From: an uncultured Actinomycetes bacterium
GTDB lineage: Bacteria; Actinomycetota; Thermoleophilia; Solirubrobacterales; Solirubrobacteraceae
DNA: 64,000 bases
Assembly (NCBI GenBank): GCA_963780585.1
Contig: CAWADD010000002.1
Location: forward strand, 7,906-71,905
Direction: 5' to 3'
Shown: piece by piece, positions 56,493 to 64,000 of the stretch
How positions within the stretch are numbered: the first letter of the stretch is position 1
Layout: each line of letters begins with the position of its first letter
The notes under the pieces: generated by a model
The model's input: only the letters and a program-made list of their open reading frames with translations
The model's database searches: none
Told to the model about the DNA's origin: nothing
Position numbers and translations under genes: made by a program

Positions 56493-56962
56493 CGCTGCTC
56501 GATGTCCGGCGCGCTGGAGGCGCCGCGCTCGATCGGCACGTGCCGCGTGTGCGACTGCGGATCGGCGAGCGGCAGCTCGACGCGCAGGATCCCGTCCTGG
56601 TACGTGGCCCGCGCGTGCTCGGCGATGACCTCGGCGCCGAGCTCGATCGTGCGCCGGAACGGGCCGTGCTCGATCTCGAGCTGCTGGTAGACGCGGCCCT
56701 CGGCGTCGGCTTCCCGGCGATGGCCGGTGAGCGTCAGCGAGCGGCCCTGGATCTCCAGCCCGAGGTCGCCGCCGTCGATCCCCGCAAGCTCGGCATGGAC
56801 GACCGCGCGCGGCGGGTCGTCGGCGTAGAAGACGTCGACGGCAGGGCTGAAGCCGGTCCGCCGCGAGGTGAGCCCGACGTTGCCGAAGACGTCGCCGAAC
56901 AGCTCGTCCATCTCGCGGCGCATCCGCTCGAAGTTCGCGAAGAGATCGCGCTCACGGGCCAT
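56489..56962 (-). CDS. Hsp20/alpha-crystallin small heat-shock protein
   Basis: PAVDVFY.....AVVHAELAGID..DL.LEI.GR.LTL.G.R.........Y...E...G.F.R.I.L and A.Y.DGIL.V.LP. Confidence 0.9.
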
Positions 56963-57022
56963 GACCGGGCAGCGTACCCACCGTGCATCGCGGCTAAGGC
57001 GCGCATCGCGCCCGCGGCGCGC

Positions 57023-57253
57023 TCAGCGTGCGTGAAGCGCGGCCTGCTCCTTGGCGCTCGGGAACGCCCAGGCGGCCTGCGTGCGGCGCTCCTGGCGAAA
57101 CGCGAAGCGCAGCTGCTGCGGCGGCCGCAGCCCCTCTGGACCGTCGGGACGAAACGTCGGACAGGGCGCGTCGAGGTCCAGCGCGCAGAGCAGGTTGCGA
57201 CGAAAGTAGCAGTCCTCGCAGCTCGCCTTGTACGTCATCCGCGTCTTGCCCAT
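57023..57253 (-). CDS. small Cys-rich hypothetical protein
   Basis: MGKTRMTYKASCEDCYFRRNLLCALDLDAPCPTFRP has four Cys in 24 residues (C-x2-C-x8-C-x7-C). It lies upstream of hsp20-lon on the same strand. The start is uncertain. Confidence 0.45.
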   Translation of the reverse strand: MGKTRMTYKASCEDCYFRRNLLCALDLDAPCPTFRPDGPEGLRPPQQLRFAFRQERRTQAAWAFPSAKEQAALHAR

Positions 57254-57488
57254 GCCGCCCCAACATCCCCTTCGCCGAACATCCGAACCGGGGCTCATCA
57301 CAGCAGGCGCAAACGGCGCGCTCAAGGGGTCGCGGCGGCCGATTTCCGCTCGTATGGGGTTTTCTGGCGCGGGCAGCCCGCAAATGCCGAACGAAACAAC
57401 GGTGTTGCCCGCAGGAGGTTGCCAGCAAGCAGATCTCGCCCCGGTCGATCGAGGTCGTTCGCGCTATTTCGGGAGACTTTCGCCGACG

Positions 57489-58697
57489 ATGACCGCCGAC
57501 AGCTACGACACCCTCGTCGTCGGAGCGGGCATCCTCGGGCTCGCCGCCGCGCGCGAGATCCTCAGCCGCCGTCCGCGCGAGCGGGTGCTCGTCGTCGAGC
57601 GCGAGCCGGCGCCCGCGATGCACCAGAGCGGTCACAACAGCGGCGTGATCCACGCCGGGGTCTACTACGCGCCCGGCTCGCTCAAGGCGCGCCTGTGCGT
57701 CGACGGGGCGGCGCAGATGTACGCCTACTGCGAGCGCCACGAGATCGAGGCGCGCAGGATCGGCAAGCTGATCGTCGCCGTCGGCGATGACGAGCTGCCG
57801 GCGCTTGCCGAGCTCGAGCGCCGCGCGAGCCGCAACGGCGTCGCCGGCGTCCGCCTGCTCGACGCGGCCGGCCTGCGCGCGATCGAGCCCCACGCGACCG
57901 GCGTCGCAGCGCTGCACTCGCCGGCCACCGGGATCGTCGACTTCGGCGCGGTCTGCGCCCAGCTGGCGACGGATCTGCGCGCGGCCGGCGGCGAGCTGCG
58001 CTTCGACTGGGAGGTCGCGAGCAGCGCGACCGGCGCCGGCATGATCCGCCTGCGCGCGGCCGACGGCGACGAGGTCGCCGGGCGGCGCGCCGTCTTCTGC
58101 GCCGGGCTGTGGTCCGACCGCCTCGCGGTTCGCGCGGGCGCCGGCGAGGACCCACGGATCGTTCCCTTCCGCGGGGCGTACCTGCGCCTGCGCCCGAAGC
58201 GGCGCGAGCTCGTGCGCGGCCTGATCTACCCCGTGCCCGACCCGAGCCTGCCGTTCCTCGGCGTCCATCTCACGCCGCGCGGCGACGGCGATGTGCTCGT
58301 CGGCCCGACGGCGCTACCCGTCGGCGCCCGCGACGGGTACCGGCTCAGCACGCTGCGCCCGGCCGACATCCTCGACACCGCGAGCTGGCCGGGCAGCTGG
58401 CGGATGCTGGCGAACTGGTGGCGCACCGCCGCCGGCGAGCTGCAGCTCGCCGCGAGCCGCGACGCGTTCGCCGCGCGCGCCGCGCGCTACGTGCCCGAGC
58501 TGCGCGGCGAGGATCTCCTGCCGGCGTTCGCCGGCGTGCGAGCGCAGGCGGTCGCGCGCGACGGGCGGCTCGTCGACGACTTCCTGCTGTCCGCGACGCC
58601 GCGCGCGATCCACGTGCGCAACGCGCCGTCGCCGGCGGCGACGTCGGCGCTCGCGCTCGCCGCGTTGATCGTCGACGCCGCCGACGAGCTCGCCTGA
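57489..58697 (+). CDS. lhgO: FAD-dependent L-2-hydroxyglutarate oxidase/dehydrogenase
   Basis: DTLVVGAGILGLAAA (dinucleotide fold) and HQSGHNSGVIHAGVYYAPGSLKA. Start taken at the internal Met of track ORF 57228..58697. Confidence 0.85.
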   Translation: MTADSYDTLVVGAGILGLAAAREILSRRPRERVLVVEREPAPAMHQSGHNSGVIHAGVYYAPGSLKARLCVDGAAQMYAYCERHEIEARRIGKLIVAVGDDELPALAELERRASRNGVAGVRLLDAAGLRAIEPHATGVAALHSPATGIVDFGAVCAQLATDLRAAGGELRFDWEVASSATGAGMIRLRAADGDEVAGRRAVFCAGLWSDRLAVRAGAGEDPRIVPFRGAYLRLRPKRRELVRGLIYPVPDPSLPFLGVHLTPRGDGDVLVGPTALPVGARDGYRLSTLRPADILDTASWPGSWRMLANWWRTAAGELQLAASRDAFAARAARYVPELRGEDLLPAFAGVRAQAVARDGRLVDDFLLSATPRAIHVRNAPSPAATSALALAALIVDAADELA

Positions 58698-58730
58698 CGC
58701 GGCGGCGGCGATCGGCGACGATGTGGCCGC

Positions 58731-59645
58731 ATGCGCATCCTGCTGACCGGCGCGAGCGGCTCGATCGGCGCCGCCCTGGCGCCCGCGCTGACCCGCGCCG
58801 GCCATGAGCTGCGCGGCTTCGGGCGCGACCCCGCGCGCGTGCCGGCGACGCTGCCGTTCGTGCGCGGCGACGCGGTCAGCGGCGCGGGCCTCGACGAGGC
58901 GCTCGCCGGGATCGACGTCGCCTACTTCTTGATCCACTCGATGGAGGGCGACGCGCGTGCCGGCTTCGAAGCCAGCGAGCGCGCGGCGGCGCACAACTTC
59001 GTCGCGGCGGCGCAGCGTGCCGGCGTGCGGCGCGTCGTCTACCTCGGCGGTGTCGTGCCGCCGAAGCTCCCGCTGTCGCGCCATCTGCGCAGCAGGCTCG
59101 AGGTCGAGGAGATCCTGCTCGCGGGCCTGCCCGAGGCGGTCGCCCTGCGCGCGTCGATCGTGATCGGGGCCAGCTCGCGCTCGTTTCGGTTCCTCGTTCA
59201 CCTGATCGAGCGGATGGCGCTGCTCACGCTGCCGCCGTGGCGCGAGAACCGCACGCGGCCGATCGACGTCCGCGACGTGCGCGCGTTCCTCGTCGCGGCG
59301 GCGACGACGCCGCACGCCGGCCGTGGGCTGTCGCTCGATATCGCAGGGCCGGACGTCCTCAGCTACGGCGAGATGATCGAGCGCATCGCCGACCTCATGC
59401 TCGTCCGCCGCCGAGCGCTGCGACTGCGCCGCAACGCAACGCCGCTCGTCGCGCCGGTCGCCGCCGCGATCGCCGGCGAGGACAGCGGCTTCATCACGCC
59501 GCTGATGGAAAGCCTCGCGAGTGACCTGCTGCCACGGGACATGCGGGCGGCCGGCCTGCTCGGCGTGCGCCTTCACCGCTTCGACCGCGCCGTCGAGCGC
59601 GCCCTGCGTGACTGGGAGTCCGCCGAGCGTCTACGCGCCAAGTGA
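58731..59645 (+). CDS. NAD(P)-binding NmrA/atypical-SDR family protein
   Basis: MRILLTGASGSIGAAL is a Rossmann GxxGxxG motif. The layout is DUF2867/NmrA-like. Confidence 0.8.
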   Translation: MRILLTGASGSIGAALAPALTRAGHELRGFGRDPARVPATLPFVRGDAVSGAGLDEALAGIDVAYFLIHSMEGDARAGFEASERAAAHNFVAAAQRAGVRRVVYLGGVVPPKLPLSRHLRSRLEVEEILLAGLPEAVALRASIVIGASSRSFRFLVHLIERMALLTLPPWRENRTRPIDVRDVRAFLVAAATTPHAGRGLSLDIAGPDVLSYGEMIERIADLMLVRRRALRLRRNATPLVAPVAAAIAGEDSGFITPLMESLASDLLPRDMRAAGLLGVRLHRFDRAVERALRDWESAERLRAK

Positions 59646-59691
59646 TGCGCGCGACCGCCGTGCGCATCGCAGCCGCTAGGTTCTCTGCGCC

Positions 59692-60141
59692 GTGTCACTC
59701 GTGATCGCCAGCATCGACATCGACGCGCCCCTGCAGGAGGTGTGGGACACCGTCATGGACCCCGCGCGAATGCGCGAATGGGTGACGATCGTCGATCGCA
59801 TCGACCGGATCGATCCGGGCCCGATCCGGCCGGGCTTCCGGATGAGTCAGACGCTGCACCTGCGCGGCGTGCCGTTCAAGGTCCATTGGACGCTGGAGGA
59901 CCTCGACGCGCCGCGCTACGCGCGCTGGGAGGGAATCGGCCCGGCGCGTGCACACGCGGTAACTGAGAATCGCCTGAGCGTCCGCGACGGGTGCACCCAT
60001 TTTGACTACAGGAACGAGTTTCGTACGCCGTTTGGTCCACTTGGGGCGGCGGCGTCACGCGTCATCGTTGGCGGCATCCCAGAAAAGGAGGCAAACGCAT
60101 CGCTGCGACGTTTGAGGGAGATCTTGGAAGTTCGTAGCTGA
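59692..60141 (+). CDS. SRPBCC (polyketide cyclase/dehydrase-like) protein
   Basis: SIDIDAPLQEVWDTVMDPARMREWV...  matches the Polyketide_cyc2-like pattern. Confidence 0.75.
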   Translation: MSLVIASIDIDAPLQEVWDTVMDPARMREWVTIVDRIDRIDPGPIRPGFRMSQTLHLRGVPFKVHWTLEDLDAPRYARWEGIGPARAHAVTENRLSVRDGCTHFDYRNEFRTPFGPLGAAASRVIVGGIPEKEANASLRRLREILEVRS

Positions 60142-60221
60142 GTTGTCGAGCGTCGCGATAGTGGCCCGCGATGGGCTACGCTCTGTGACGGTAATTACCG
60201 CCTGTCGAACGGGGATAAGTA

Positions 60222-60641
60222 ATGGCAGACTTCTTGGACGAGAAGCGAAACGAGATCGGCGCGCGGCTGAAGGAGCTCAAGCCGCTCGTCGATGAGTACA
60301 TGCGGCTCGAGGCCGCAGCCGCGGCGCTGGATGGCGTGCCGGTCACGAGCTCCGCAGCAAGCGCGTCCGCGCGCCCCGGGCGCGCGCCCGCGCGGGCACG
60401 TGCGACGCCGAAGCGCGCCAAGGGCACCGGCGGCGGCCGCCGCGGGCGTCCCAAGGGCACGGGCACGCGCGGCGCCGAGGCGCTCGCGCTCGTCCGCGGC
60501 AACCCCGGGATCACGATTCCCGAGATCGCCGAGAAGATGGGCATCAAGCAGAACTACCTGTACCGCGTGCTTCCTGGCCTGGCCGAGGACGGCCTCGTCA
60601 AGAAGGACGGGCGCGGCTGGCACCCGAAGGACGCCGCGTAG
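60222..60641 (+). CDS. hypothetical winged-helix DNA-binding protein
   Basis: A coiled N-terminus and an Arg/Gly-rich linker are followed by a C-terminal wHTH (ALALVRGNPGITIPEIAEKMGIKQNYLYRVLPGLAEDGLVKK). Confidence 0.6.
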   Translation: MADFLDEKRNEIGARLKELKPLVDEYMRLEAAAAALDGVPVTSSAASASARPGRAPARARATPKRAKGTGGGRRGRPKGTGTRGAEALALVRGNPGITIPEIAEKMGIKQNYLYRVLPGLAEDGLVKKDGRGWHPKDAA

Positions 60642-60642
60642 C

Positions 60643-61623
60643 TCAGACGAGACCGAGGCTGCTGACCGACGAGCGCTCGTCGGTCAGCTCCTTGACCGTC
60701 GCGTCGAGCTTGCCCTGCGCGAACTCGCCGACCTCGAGGCCCTCCACGATCTCGTAGGCGCCGCCCGCGCAGCGCACCGGGAAGCTCGAGATGATCCCCT
60801 CGGCGACACCGTAGGAACCATCCGATGCGACCGCCATCGAGCGCAGGCCGTCGGCGCCGCTCACCCAGTCACGCACGTGGTCGATCGCAGCGTTCGCGGC
60901 GGACGCCGCCGACGACGCGCCGCGCGCCTCGATCACCTCGGCGCCGCGCTTGCCGACACGCGGGATGTACGTGTTCTCATACCAGTCCATGTCGACGAGA
61001 TCGGCCGCGCGCTCACCGCCGACCTTCGCGTTAAAGAGATCCGGGAACATCGACGGGGAGTGATTGCCCCAGACGACGAGATCTGAGACCTCGTCGACGC
61101 CGACGCCGAGCTTCTGCGCGAGCAGTGCGACGGCGCGATTCTGATCAAGACGCGTCATTGCGGTGATCCGCTCGGCCGGGATGTCGGGCGCGTTCGCGGC
61201 GAGGATGAGCGCGTTCGTGTTCGCCGGATTGCCGACGACGAGCACCTTGATGTCATCCGCCGCGCCGGCGTTGAGCGCCTCTCCCTGCGGCTTGAATATC
61301 GCCCCGTTGGCCTCCAGCAGGTCGGCCCGCTCCATGCCCTTCGAGCGCGGGCGCGCGCCGACGAGCAGGGCGATGTTCGTCCCGTCGAAGGCCTGCGCCG
61401 GGTCGTCGAAGATGTCGACGGACGCAAGCAGGGGGAATGCGCAGTCGGTCAGCTCGAGCGTCGTCCCCTCGGCGGCCTTGATCGCCTGAGGGATCTCGAG
61501 CAGCCGCAGCGCGATCGGGGTGTCCGGCCCCAGCAGCTGGCCCGATGCGATGCGGAACAGAAGCGCGTAGCCGATCTGTCCGGCGGCGCCGGTGACCGCG
61601 ACCTTCACTGGGGCGTTCGTCAT
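60643..61623 (-). CDS. mdh: malate dehydrogenase
   Basis: [28 protein letters not shown] and [11 protein letters not shown]. Confidence 0.96.
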   Translation of the reverse strand: MTNAPVKVAVTGAAGQIGYALLFRIASGQLLGPDTPIALRLLEIPQAIKAAEGTTLELTDCAFPLLASVDIFDDPAQAFDGTNIALLVGARPRSKGMERADLLEANGAIFKPQGEALNAGAADDIKVLVVGNPANTNALILAANAPDIPAERITAMTRLDQNRAVALLAQKLGVGVDEVSDLVVWGNHSPSMFPDLFNAKVGGERAADLVDMDWYENTYIPRVGKRGAEVIEARGASSAASAANAAIDHVRDWVSGADGLRSMAVASDGSYGVAEGIISSFPVRCAGGAYEIVEGLEVGEFAQGKLDATVKELTDERSSVSSLGLV

Positions 61624-61706
61624 GCGTTCATCTCCTCGATCACGGTCTGTACGGCGGGATCGCAGATCGTATGTGACCCGAGCGCCGCTAGCGTGTCGGC
61701 CCGCCG

Positions 61707-63871
<2,165 letters not shown>

Positions 63872-63875
<4 letters not shown>

Positions 63876-64000
63876 GCACGCGCGCGGAGCCGATCGTCGT
63901 CGTGCACGGCGGCGCCTCGGAGTGGTACGCCGGTACCGGCCCAGGCCGCGCCGCGTGCGAACGCGCCGCCCAGGCCGGCTGGGAGGCCTTGGCGGCCGGC
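63872..64000 (+). CDS. isoaspartyl peptidase/L-asparaginase-family protein (N-terminal fragment; continues beyond the right edge)
   Basis: The GTG overlaps the icd stop (GTGA). My translation gives [18 protein letters not shown]...[26 protein letters not shown] is typical of the Ntn asparaginase-2 family. Confidence 0.5.

Noticed and set aside
56963-57022. Heat-shock operator (CIRCE or HAIR) upstream of hsp20
   Set aside because: I could find no TTAGCACTC-N9-GAGTGCTAA or CTTGAGT-N7-ACTCAAG-like inverted repeat by eye.

Overview
Very GC-rich, actinobacterial-type chromosomal segment (judged by eye, nothing computed). Coding density is high and most genes lie on the minus strand. The backbone is a housekeeping cluster: ftsB-eno-mazG-PPIase-mfd-pth-ctc ... 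prs-glmU-tRNA-Gln ... ispE-rsmA-tatD-metG-GST-rsmI-ROK kinase, followed by LCP, glyQS, lon, hsp20, mdh and monomeric icd. The same gene set is clustered in Mycobacterium tuberculosis (metS...eno region). Three accessory blocks interrupt this backbone. (i) 19.5-25.3 kb holds a GH2 hydrolase, hypothetical proteins and a TolB-like propeller. (ii) 27.8-33.8 kb, directly 3' of tRNA-Gln, holds a frameshifted HNH endonuclease whose start codon sits in a perfect LexA/Cheo-type palindrome, a giant RTX/LamG secreted protein, an MTAP-family gene and pucR. (iii) 44.15-50.4 kb is bounded by two antitoxin/PIN modules and holds a C39-peptidase/ABC bacteriocin-type exporter locus broken across at least four reading frames. 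Other notable items are an ECF sigma factor fused to a zinc-finger anti-sigma motif, and an R2-like diiron protein with Phe at the radical-Tyr position fused to an SCP2 domain. There is also a rhomboid-like protein lacking the catalytic Ser and His, an FmdB-like protein with no cysteines, an orphan csrA and a tRNA-Leu(UAA). I recognised no rRNA, CRISPR array, transposase or integrase. I did not find a convincing intact multi-gene system of unknown function. The exporter/TA island and the SOS-box/HNH locus are the best leads. All family calls rest on motif recognition from the translations, not on searches. Many long ORFs in the track are off-frame or antisense artefacts typical of high-GC DNA.
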